Shown in pieces: positions 8,204-15,870 of a stretch of DNA of 32,000 nt; the stretch's first letter is position 1; every line of letters starts with the position of its first letter. Source of the stretch: Candidatus Saccharimonadota bacterium (GTDB lineage: Bacteria > Patescibacteriota > Saccharimonadia > Saccharimonadales > Saccharimonadaceae); contig DIRZ01000002.1 in NCBI GenBank assembly GCA_002421785.1, positions 270,001-302,000 on the forward strand. Reading direction: 5' to 3'. A program made the position numbers and the translations under genes. Below the pieces are notes generated by a model. It saw only the letters and a list, made by a program, of their open reading frames with translations. It had not been told where the DNA came from and ran no database searches.

Positions 8204-8448
8204 TGTCGGTCCGGATTGAATATACTCCAGGTAACAAGCCAACGACACGACAAATTCTGGATTCGTTGAATGCACAGCACCCAGACAAGGTGTTTACTGC
8301 TGGCCCCGGCAATGTAATTGTCGAATCGTACCGCGAGCCAACCGCGGAGCTTTCGCGCGCGGAAGCGCTCCAGGAGCAGGCTGATTTACGCGCGCTCCGT
8401 GAAGCAAAGGTTGGCTACGGCGCAACTGAAGCAGTGTTTACATTCTAG
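8203..8448 (+). CDS. hypothetical 81-aa protein (track start 8194)
   Basis: The GTG at 8203 overlaps the preceding TAG (TAGTG), suggesting translational coupling. No family recognised. Confidence 0.5.
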   Translation: MSVRIEYTPGNKPTTRQILDSLNAQHPDKVFTAGPGNVIVESYREPTAELSRAEALQEQADLRALREAKVGYGATEAVFTF

Positions 8449-8534
8449 TTTGTGCGATTTATTTCACACCGACTCGTCACGTAGCCGGCTAGAATGATAG
8501 TAGGAAAGACTAACTAATTTTTGAGGAGAATAGT

Positions 8535-9605
8535 ATGGGAAAGATTCTAGGCAGCGGTATTCAGGACGGGTTGCTCCTAAAACCAATTAATTATCAGTGG
8601 GCAATGGACTTGTATGACCAGGCTGTAGCGAATACATGGTTCCCCAACGAAATTCAGTTAGCTCAGGACCTTGCTGACTGGGAAAAAATGAGTGACGAAG
8701 AGCGCCACGCAGTGACATTCCTGATGAGCTATTTCAACCCAAATGAGCTCCTCGTGAACAAAGCCTTGGCGTTTGGTGTGTACCCGTATGTCAATGCAGC
8801 AGAAGCCCACCTATACCTTGCCAAGCAGATGTGGGAAGAAGCGAACCACTGTATGGCATTTGAGTATGTGCTCGAAACGTTCCCAATTGACCGCGACGTT
8901 GCGTATGCCGCACACGTCGACGAAGAAACCATGGCGAAAAAGGAAGCGTTTGAAACTAAGTACATCAAGCGGATGACTGAAGACACGATGGATATCACGA
9001 CGATTGATGGTAAAAAAGACTTCATTCGTAACTTGATTGCGTACAATATCATCCTCGAGGGCATCTGGTTCTATAGCGGCTTTATGGTAGCGTTGTCATT
9101 TAGGCAACGAAACCTGCTGCGTAACTTCGGAAGCCTGATCGACTGGGTTGTGCGCGACGAAAGCCTGCACCTGAAGTTTGGTATCAACCTGATTTTGACG
9201 GTGATCGAAGAAAACGAAGAGCTGCAAGATCCAGAATTTGCCGAAGAAATTAAACAAATGATTTTAGACGCCGTTGAGATGGAAGAAGAATACAACAAGG
9301 CGCTGTTGCCAAATGGTATTCTTGGCCTGAACGCCGACTATATCAACCAGTACGTCAAGTACCTGACCGACCGCCGCCTGGAAGAGCTTGGCTTTGAACC
9401 TCACTACAACGTGAGCAACCCTGCCAAGTGGATGGCGACAGCCAACGATACGTACGAGCTGGTGAACTTCTTTGAAAGCACCAACACAAGTTACGAAGTG
9501 AATGCCGGTAATGCCGAAAGTAAGCTACAAGGCATCGGCCCCGAAGAAGGGCAAAGCCCATCAGCTGACCGTGGCGAAAATGAAGTAACTGATAGCGAAA
9601 AGTAG
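8535..9605 (+). CDS. nrdB: ribonucleotide reductase beta subunit, class Ic-like (Phe at radical position)
   Basis: GAGGAG RBS. Ligand motifs NPNE71LLV, E102ANH105, ILEGIWF, RDESLH. F109 sits at H+4 where the Tyr radical normally is. C-terminal FFESTNTSYEV. Confidence 0.93.
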   Translation: MGKILGSGIQDGLLLKPINYQWAMDLYDQAVANTWFPNEIQLAQDLADWEKMSDEERHAVTFLMSYFNPNELLVNKALAFGVYPYVNAAEAHLYLAKQMWEEANHCMAFEYVLETFPIDRDVAYAAHVDEETMAKKEAFETKYIKRMTEDTMDITTIDGKKDFIRNLIAYNIILEGIWFYSGFMVALSFRQRNLLRNFGSLIDWVVRDESLHLKFGINLILTVIEENEELQDPEFAEEIKQMILDAVEMEEEYNKALLPNGILGLNADYINQYVKYLTDRRLEELGFEPHYNVSNPAKWMATANDTYELVNFFESTNTSYEVNAGNAESKLQGIGPEEGQSPSADRGENEVTDSEK

Positions 9606-9619
9606 GATTATCGTTATGT

Positions 9620-10480
9620 ATGGTGGTGGCGTTTAACGGGCTTCAGTAGCGGGCGATTCAGTCTAGTTTGCAAGCAGATGTCGACAATGCTAAGAAAAAA
9701 GTGATGCTGTATCAGGCCGAAAAAGGCACCTACCCAACGGCGATTAATTGTACAAATCCGAGTGATACTGAAATTTGCGTGGAGCCGTCAGGGTCGAATA
9801 CGTATACATATAGTGCGACGAACGCGACCAACCCGCCGCGCTTCGGTTTGACAGCGAGCAGCGGCACCACGACCTACCAGGCTACGCAGCGCACTTCGGC
9901 CGAGCAGCTGGCAGGCGTGGTAACCGATGGCTTGTCATTACATCTTGATGCGTCCAATAGCGCTTCCTATTCGGGCACGGGTACGCTATGGAGCGATATT
10001 TCTGGTACTGGCCGCAATGCGACGCTGACAAATGTTTCATACGGTAACGAACACGGCGGCGTGCTCGTATTTAACGGCACAAGTTCGTATGCACGAGTTG
10101 CGAGTGGCGCAACGCAGTCCGTGTTTATGATGGTCTACATTGACCCGAGCCAAGTCACTTCACGTTACCTGCTGGACTCGCGTACGGGTAATTCCGCGGG
10201 GTATATCTACAACAACGGCGTGGGCAACTGGCTAAACTTTTATGCGGATGCCCAGCCTGTTGCTACGAACTGGGCGAGCATACCTAAGGGTAGGTGGGTA
10301 GGCTTTTATACCAACACAACCCTGCAGTATACCTCGACTGTTAATGTCATGAGCCGCTACAGTAATGGCGAATTGCTGATGGGCAAGCTGGGCGTCGTGC
10401 TGGTGTATAACCGAGCTCTGTCACAGGCGGAAATTTTGCAGAACTTCAACGCGTTCAGTGTTCGCTACGGAGTGCTCTAG
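9620..10480 (+). pseudogene. 5'-truncated type IV pilin-like / LamG (laminin-G_3) domain gene with an in-frame TAG
   Basis: Reads MVVAFNGLQ-TAG(9647-9649)-RAIQSSLQADVDNAKKKVMLYQAEKGTYP, then a LamG-like body (LHLDASN...GTGRNATL...LVYNRALSQAEILQNF). The prepilin leader and first half of helix alpha1 are absent. Confidence 0.65.
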
Positions 10481-10491
10481 TATAGGAAAAA

Positions 10492-10512
10492 CCCCGCCCT
10501 GGATGGGCGGGG
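10492..10512 (-). terminator. GC-rich hairpin; intrinsic terminator when read on the minus strand
   Basis: CCCCGCCC-tggat-GGGCGGGG with an A5 run on the plus-strand 5' side, which is a U-tract after the stem on the minus strand. Confidence 0.55.
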
Positions 10513-10542
10513 TAAAGAGCGTGACTGCTAGGAAAAATGTGT

Positions 10543-10574
10543 CGAGTGGTGGGGGACTGGGCCCCCACCACTCG
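10543..10574 (-). terminator. intrinsic terminator of the high-GC operon
   Basis: 13-bp stem CGAGTGGTGGGGG/CCCCCACCACTCG just past the stop at 10580, followed on the minus strand by ACACATTTTT. Confidence 0.65.
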
Positions 10575-10579
10575 CTGTA

Positions 10580-11533
10580 CTACTTGGCGGGCTGCACCAC
10601 TCCGCCGCCGGCCACGATGGGCGCCGGCCACGGGTTGACACCCTTGTCGATGCCGTACTTCTTCAGCCAGGCTTCGGAGCCGATGACATCGACCTCGGCC
10701 TGGGTCGCTCGAGCCTTGGCCTCGGCGACTGCGACATCGGCGAGTGCTGCGCGCTCCTCAGCCTTCGCTGCGATCTCCTTCGCCTTTGCCTCTTCGGCGA
10801 CAGCGTTGGCGTTCGCAACGGACGACTGCTCTCGGCTGATCGCAGCCTTGAGCTCGGGATCGACCGGTTCCGGCTTCAACACCAAGGTGGTGTTGACCGT
10901 GAAGTAGTGGCCGCCCATGCGGTCATCGATCATCTTCTGGAGTTCGGTCTCGACTGCCTGGTCGAGCTTTACCTTGACCTCTGCGTTGTTCCAGAGGTCG
11001 CGCCAGTTGTACTGCTGGGCCGTGCGGTCCAGCGTGGCGTCCAGCGACTTTCCGACGTACATGTTGAGGACCTTGATCCACCCGTCGGGCGTCTTGTCGC
11101 GGTTCTTGTCGTCGATGTCGTCGTTGAAGTCTCCGCCCGACCAGAACGCGCGGTCACGGAGCCCCATGTTCTCGTGGAACTTGCGCAGGGCGGTGCAGTC
11201 GGTCACCATGTTGAAGGTGATCGCGACCGGCACGTCCATCTCGGCGTTGTCCTTGGAGAGAACGCGAATGGGGCCCGTCTCGGCGCCTTCCGTGAGGCTG
11301 GCGTCGTAGGTCCGGTTGTTGGTCGGGTAGGTGTAGAACAGGTTGCCCGGGTTGTCGACCTTGCGGGTCGACACGGGGATGCACTCCTTGAACGTCGTGG
11401 ACGAGAAGGCGCCGGCGTCGTAGTGCACGGCCACCATGTCCGGGGGGGTGCTCACCATGGAGCATCCGGTGGTGGTCAGGCCGACACCGACTGCAGCGGC
11501 TGCGAGGACGATGTTGCGGATGGTCTTGTTCAT
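10580..11533 (-). CDS. SPFH/band-7 (prohibitin-like) domain lipoprotein, high-GC codon usage
   Basis: Start moved to MNKTIRN (GGAAGGA RBS). Signal peptide plus lipobox LTTTGC. SPFH-like core and an Ala/Glu/Lys-rich coiled-coil tail. Strong G/C preference at third codon positions. Confidence 0.85.
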   Translation of the reverse strand: MNKTIRNIVLAAAAVGVGLTTTGCSMVSTPPDMVAVHYDAGAFSSTTFKECIPVSTRKVDNPGNLFYTYPTNNRTYDASLTEGAETGPIRVLSKDNAEMDVPVAITFNMVTDCTALRKFHENMGLRDRAFWSGGDFNDDIDDKNRDKTPDGWIKVLNMYVGKSLDATLDRTAQQYNWRDLWNNAEVKVKLDQAVETELQKMIDDRMGGHYFTVNTTLVLKPEPVDPELKAAISREQSSVANANAVAEEAKAKEIAAKAEERAALADVAVAEAKARATQAEVDVIGSEAWLKKYGIDKGVNPWPAPIVAGGGVVQPAK

Positions 11534-11537
11534 TTGA

Positions 11538-11855
11538 TCAGTTTCCTTCCATGCGGTGGTACTGCTTGAGGGCTTGTTCGAGGGGGTTGTAGTACTCGCC
11601 CGGAAGCGAGCTCTGGACGACCGGATCCTCCAGTGCTCGGTCGAGCACTTCGGCGGTTTTCTCCATCCACTCCCACCTTTCGATGAGAATAGTGCGGACG
11701 GCAGGGTCGACTTCGGTGTAGGCAAGTTGCTTGGGGTCGCGTCTGGCAATCTCGGCAATCTTCTTGCTCTGAATGCTCTTTGAGATGAGCACGAATGCTC
11801 CCACGATGATGACGACGACCACGAGGACTGCCACTATGGCAAGTACTCGAGTCAT
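11538..11855 (-). CDS. small single-pass membrane protein (105 aa), co-transcribed with the SPFH gene
   Basis: Start at MTRVLAIVAVLVVVV, 4 nt after AAGGAG. A 4-nt gap separates it from the next gene. GC3-rich. Confidence 0.7.
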   Translation of the reverse strand: MTRVLAIVAVLVVVVIIVGAFVLISKSIQSKKIAEIARRDPKQLAYTEVDPAVRTILIERWEWMEKTAEVLDRALEDPVVQSSLPGEYYNPLEQALKQYHRMEGN

Positions 11856-11863
11856 TTGGCTCC

Positions 11864-11913
11864 TTTCGGTCGCTGTACGGTCATATGAGTATATGAACAT
11901 ACAGCGACCGAAA
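11864..11913. repeat. 14-bp perfect inverted repeat with 22-nt spacer in the operon leader
   Basis: TTTCGGTCGCTGTA (11864-11877) and TACAGCGACCGAAA (11900-11913). Confidence 0.8.
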
Positions 11914-12022
11914 TACACGAGCAGCTCCTGACGGAATTTTAACTGAATAAATTATTCCTAGCTTGTCAATGTGCTCCGCGTGGAGTCGGTGAATTATGAC
12001 CCTGACACACGGTAACTTGCAT

Positions 12023-12051
12023 ATATTAGCATAAAAAAGTATTAATGTCAA
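12023..12051 (-). promoter_or_regulatory. sigma70 promoter for the high-GC operon
   Basis: Minus strand reads TTGACA (12051-12046), 17 nt, TAATAT (12028-12023), with TGc upstream of the -10. Confidence 0.6.
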
Positions 12052-12109
12052 TACTCTGATTAAATAATTTTTAGTATTTGCCTTTGCACTCTGAGCGACA
12101 GTATATTTA

Positions 12110-12370
12110 TTATTTCTTGCGAGGCGTATGCTGCGCCCGAGTAAACACTATGGCGACAACGATAAAGAGCGCTGACAGTCCGCCCCACAGGAGGAGTGGT
12201 GGAATATAGCGGGATGGTTCGCAGGCGACCATACTGTTGCCGGTACTGTTGCAATCTGGTGAAGATGCTTGATAAAGCATTATCGCCATCAGTGACGTAT
12301 AGAGCAGTGATACGACCAGCATGAGAGTGAGGGTAATGACAATAAGATCATGGAGTATGCGCTGCTTCAT
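12110..12370 (-). CDS. small membrane protein, 86 aa
   Basis: Two hydrophobic helices. Starts 4 nt after the stop of the upstream EEP gene. Confidence 0.55.
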   Translation of the reverse strand: MKQRILHDLIVITLTLMLVVSLLYTSLMAIMLYQASSPDCNSTGNSMVACEPSRYIPPLLLWGGLSALFIVVAIVFTRAQHTPRKK

Positions 12371-12374
12371 ACTG

Positions 12375-13127
12375 CTATTCTAGCACGCGTACATGATGAA
12401 GTGGTGGTGCGTGGCGGAGCGTGAGCATGAGCGGCAGATGGTCAGACACCGGCACGTCGTCCACAGAAAAGTCGTAGTTGAACAGGTTGTTTAGTCTGGT
12501 GAAGGCGTAGTCCGCATAGAGCTGCTTGTTGTCAGGGTAGCGTTGCCAGGCGTGTTGGTTGCGCGTGGTCGCGATGGCATAGTCGCTAATGAGATCGCGG
12601 TAGCCAGCGGCGGTAAACAGCTTCACGGAGTGGGCCTCGGGTAGCAGGTTAAAATCGCCCATAAACACCGTGGGAATATCGTCATGTGCCGCATAACGCA
12701 GCAGTCCTTTTGACTGGGCGATACGTTCGGGTGTGTCGAGCTTGTGACCAGGCTGCGGTTGACCGTGAACATTCACGACTCGCAACCTGTGTTTGGGCGA
12801 TACTTGCAATTCGCACACGAGGCCTACGCCCGCGTGGGGGATGTCGCACAGGAGTTCGGCGGTGCCTGTAACAGTAACATCTTCGCGTACGTAAGTGGTG
12901 GCGTAAAACTCATCAGCCTCACCGACAATGCTCCTGCACATGGAATAGCGCGTAAAGCCTGGCTTTAGTAGTGCATCAAGCATAGCCAGTGTAGGGGTGT
13001 CGGTTTCTTGGAAGCAAAATACCGACACGGTGGCTTTGTGCTGGGCGATGTAGGCTCGCAGCTCTTGCTGCAGCTCGCCGTACCAGGTGTTTAGGGACAG
13101 AATGACGATTTTGTTTGTGTTCTTCAT
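12375..13127 (-). CDS. endonuclease/exonuclease/phosphatase (EEP) family protein
   Basis: Motifs LNTW, CFQE, VNVHG, GDFNL and SDHLPL. Confidence 0.85.
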   Translation of the reverse strand: MKNTNKIVILSLNTWYGELQQELRAYIAQHKATVSVFCFQETDTPTLAMLDALLKPGFTRYSMCRSIVGEADEFYATTYVREDVTVTGTAELLCDIPHAGVGLVCELQVSPKHRLRVVNVHGQPQPGHKLDTPERIAQSKGLLRYAAHDDIPTVFMGDFNLLPEAHSVKLFTAAGYRDLISDYAIATTRNQHAWQRYPDNKQLYADYAFTRLNNLFNYDFSVDDVPVSDHLPLMLTLRHAPPLHHVRVLE

Positions 13128-13209
13128 GCTTCATCTACTGTAACGTAAAATATCACCACGAGCTAACCACTACGCACTAAACCTAGAAAAAAGGCTGAAT
13201 GAATTAGCT

Positions 13210-13791
13210 CTAGTGCCATACGGTGACGGCGCAACCAGTCGTGTTCTGGCTTGCCATGTACTGGGTTACTATGCCCGACCCCATGTTTGTGCATGTTTGA
13301 TTGCCAGGCAGAAGATAAACAATTGAATACCATGTTGGATCTAGGTTTGAAAAAGCGATACCGCGTTGACTTAGGTTTCCACCACCCCACCATAACGTTT
13401 TTGGTTGCAGCGGAACGTTACTTCGCAAGGTTGAGCCGTATCGGCTGATCCTTGAATTTAGTTCGTTGTCTGCACTTCCGAACAAGGTTAAATCTGTAGC
13501 ATTTTTTCTACATTGACCCGCAGCAAACCCATCGGCAGCCGGGTAGTCTTCCAGTGTGCCGAGACAAATTGCCGCATAGGAATACGCCACGACTGGGTAG
13601 CGACCGAACTCTGAATAATGCATCTCGAGTGCTTTCATGTATGTTTTAACAACAGATTCGGTCCGCACCTTTTCGGCGCGACCCTGGATGCCACCATAAG
13701 AAACAACGGTTATTGAGGCGAGTATTGCGACAAGTACGATGATAATAAGTAGCTCTATGATTGTGAAGCCATGCCGTCCATTCCTGGTCAT
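13210..13791 (-). CDS. type IV pilin-like protein (prepilin N-terminal cleavage/methylation domain)
   Basis: MTRNGRHG|FTIIELLIIIVLVAILASITVVSYGG. Confidence 0.9.
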   Translation of the reverse strand: MTRNGRHGFTIIELLIIIVLVAILASITVVSYGGIQGRAEKVRTESVVKTYMKALEMHYSEFGRYPVVAYSYAAICLGTLEDYPAADGFAAGQCRKNATDLTLFGSADNELNSRISRYGSTLRSNVPLQPKTLWWGGGNLSQRGIAFSNLDPTWYSIVYLLPGNQTCTNMGSGIVTQYMASQNTTGCAVTVWH

Positions 13792-14250
13792 GACACTATA
13801 TTAACATAATCGGTGTTGTAGATTGCTGTTATCGGGAAGGGGCGTAGATGTTGGTATTGCCGTTGATCTGGTTGTCGATAAGATTCTAAATAGCCCCGAC
13901 GAAGCAGTGCTGCAAGTGCTCATTAGTTCTGACGCAGATTTAATTCCTACGATAGAGACAGTACGGGGTACTGACGGGGGAGGCCGTGCATATTGGGTGT
14001 AGCAATAAGCTCACAAAATCAATTGTGACCGAAGCGGATAAAACACAAACTATTCGTGGCTCCGGAGTGCTTGCCGCATGTTACGCGATATACCCCCCCA
14101 AAAAAGCCCAACGGTTAACTCGGCCATTTGTAGGTATACCCTAAACTGACACAGGCTTACCTGTGGCGGGATTATACATCGCGAGTACTTGCCGCTGCGA
14201 CTGAGCATTGATTGCTTTTGCATGTACGAACGCTTTGTGGTGGAGGGGAG

Positions 14251-14709
14251 CTATAGCCGCTTCGACAGCATGCCATCGCCTGAGTCGCCATCTGGCTGGT
14301 AGCCGTGGGCTTCGTAGAACCGTCCGGCATCGTCACTCACGGGGTTGAGCGTAATGCGCTCGGCGTTGTTGTTGCGGGCAAGGGCTTCTATGAGCCGAAG
14401 TGTACCAGCGCCAAGGCGTTGACCACGGCGCTGTTCATCTATTACCAATGTATCGATATGGACATCGTCGTCAGGAGTTTCTAGCGTAACGATGCCGACG
14501 ACAGGGTCGGTGCCCTCAGGGGCATCGGTATCCGTGACGCTATAGGCGTGTTTAGTGCGAGCATCCTGGAGTATCATGCGGGCGAGCTGAGGAGTTAGCT
14601 CGCTATCGTGGAGCTGTGCGCCAATTTCGAGAAAGCGCTGCTGGGCAGGCGTGAGTTCTTTAACCGATTTGGTGTTTCTGAAATTTTCGGGCTTGAGTTT
14701 GAGCGGCAT
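14251..14709 (-). CDS. GNAT family N-acetyltransferase
   Basis: Acetyl-CoA motif A-like segment: VIDEQRRGQRLGAGTLRLIEALA. Confidence 0.85.
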   Translation of the reverse strand: MPLKLKPENFRNTKSVKELTPAQQRFLEIGAQLHDSELTPQLARMILQDARTKHAYSVTDTDAPEGTDPVVGIVTLETPDDDVHIDTLVIDEQRRGQRLGAGTLRLIEALARNNNAERITLNPVSDDAGRFYEAHGYQPDGDSGDGMLSKRL

Positions 14710-14741
14710 GTTTTTTTGTTTTTCGTTTATGCACTAGAGGT

Positions 14742-14770
14742 ATATTAGCATAAAAGATATAAAAAGTCAA
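14742..14770 (-). promoter_or_regulatory. sigma70 promoter for the GNAT gene
   Basis: Minus strand reads TTGACT (14770-14765), 17 nt, TAATAT (14747-14742). It shares the 15-mer TTTTATGCTAATATA with the 12023-12051 promoter. Confidence 0.6.
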
Positions 14771-14839
14771 TCAACTGCTCAAAATTCCCTGAGCCTCCAC
14801 CCCTAGACGCACCCGATAGAATACGGGTATAGTGACAGT

Positions 14840-15754
14840 ATGAAGATTGCACTATGTGGCTCGATGGAATTTGCCGATGGAATGAACGAAACAGCTGACA
14901 CGCTGGAAACGATGGGGTACGAAACCTACCGCCCGGCACCAGCAGATGAAGGGCGGATTGCGCGCGACCCTGCCATAAAGGGGCGGGTGATGCGCGAGTA
15001 CTTTGAGTTTATTGATCAGAGTGATGCGGTGCTGCTGTACAACGTCGCCAAGAAGGGGATTGCTGGATATATTGGCGGCAATACGCTCGTGGAGGCGTCG
15101 CACGCGTTCAGTAAAGGCGTGGAGATATTTGCTCTTCATCCACTACCTAATATGTCGTATACAGATGAGCTTGCTGCGATGAACCCGCGAGTACTAAACG
15201 GCGATGTTGCTGGTATCGACGATTATTTCGATTCGCTGCCCCGAATGCACGTGAGTAGTAAAAGTCCTGTGAAGTTGCAAGCGCTTGGCGCGGCAATGCG
15301 CCGTGCGGGCCGGCCTGTGGTGCCGGTGGGCTACAAAACCCAGAGTGGCGTCAACGAGCAACCAATGACGATTGAAGAAACATTGCAGGGCGCTACCAAC
15401 CGGCACGCTCACCTGCACACGTTCGTAGAAGCGGGAGTGGGGGATTACTTTGCCACCATTGAGAGCGGTAACCAGGCGTTCACTGCGGCGCTTGGCTTCC
15501 GCGGCCTCTCGGTGACGATTATCGAGCAAGCGGGTGGTGCTCTAAGGCACGGGCTGGATGTCGATATTGAGTTTCCGGCTGATTTTGCCGCGCTCGTGCC
15601 GTCGCAGTATCGGGACTATGGTGTGCTGATGCAGCAAAAGTTTGGCAGTACGCTGAAAGACCCGTACCCATACCTGTCCGGTGGTAAGCTGACGCGCGCC
15701 GAACTGCTCGAAGAAGCTGCGTACCGTGTGGCGACGCAACTACCTGTGCGATAA
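14840..15754 (+). CDS. fusion protein: nucleoside 2-deoxyribosyltransferase-like domain + YjjX/DUF84-type inosine/xanthosine triphosphatase
   Basis: N-terminal half resembles the NDT-like Rossmann fold (KIALCGSM...AVLLYN...GYIGGNTLVE). C-terminal half has SGVNEQP...EETLQGATNR...GKLTRA, as in YjjX. Confidence 0.7.
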   Translation: MKIALCGSMEFADGMNETADTLETMGYETYRPAPADEGRIARDPAIKGRVMREYFEFIDQSDAVLLYNVAKKGIAGYIGGNTLVEASHAFSKGVEIFALHPLPNMSYTDELAAMNPRVLNGDVAGIDDYFDSLPRMHVSSKSPVKLQALGAAMRRAGRPVVPVGYKTQSGVNEQPMTIEETLQGATNRHAHLHTFVEAGVGDYFATIESGNQAFTAALGFRGLSVTIIEQAGGALRHGLDVDIEFPADFAALVPSQYRDYGVLMQQKFGSTLKDPYPYLSGGKLTRAELLEEAAYRVATQLPVR

Positions 15755-15837
15755 TACTTGATTTATTGGAGGCGTATCGCCATAATGAAAACAATTACAA
15801 AACGACAGGCACATGATGTGCGCTAGTTATCGACTCA

Positions 15838-15853
15838 CCACTACATGCAGCGT
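15838..15853 (+). promoter_or_regulatory. NrdR-box-like element (distal, weaker) upstream of pyrG
   Basis: CCACTACATGCAGCGT is a near-copy of the proximal box and starts 33 nt upstream of it. Confidence 0.35.
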
Positions 15854-15870
15854 AGAATAAACAACAAGGC

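Noticed and set aside
10458-11569. Several long ORFs (149, 220, 130, 103 and 62 aa) overlapping the SPFH gene on both strands
   Set aside because: They are Ala/Arg/Gly/Val- or Ser/Thr/Arg-rich translations typical of off-frame reading of high-GC DNA. Only the minus-strand frame from 11533 has an RBS, signal peptide, lipobox and recognisable domain.
10580-11758. The 392-aa version of the SPFH ORF given in the track
   Set aside because: The first 75 aa (MPRLPDATPSNL...) overlap the upstream gene and are low-complexity. An internal ATG at 11533 has a GGAAGGA RBS and begins a proper lipoprotein signal.
12021-12051. Apparent dispersed repeat family (similar 30-40-mers at 60-100, 12020-12060 and 14740-14780)
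   Set aside because: Read on the minus strand, all three are simply TTGAC(A/T)-17-TA(A/T)(T/A)AT promoters. The similarity is explained by promoter consensus plus an A/T-rich spacer, although two of them do share a 15-mer.
13840-14110. tmRNA, SRP RNA or RNase P RNA in the long non-coding gap (it starts GGGGCGTAG... and ends ...ACCCCCCCA)
   Set aside because: No tRNA-like 3' end (T-loop + acceptor + CCA), no tag reading frame, no GGAAGGAAGCAGC-type SRP motif and no GAGGAAAGTCC RNase P motif were found.
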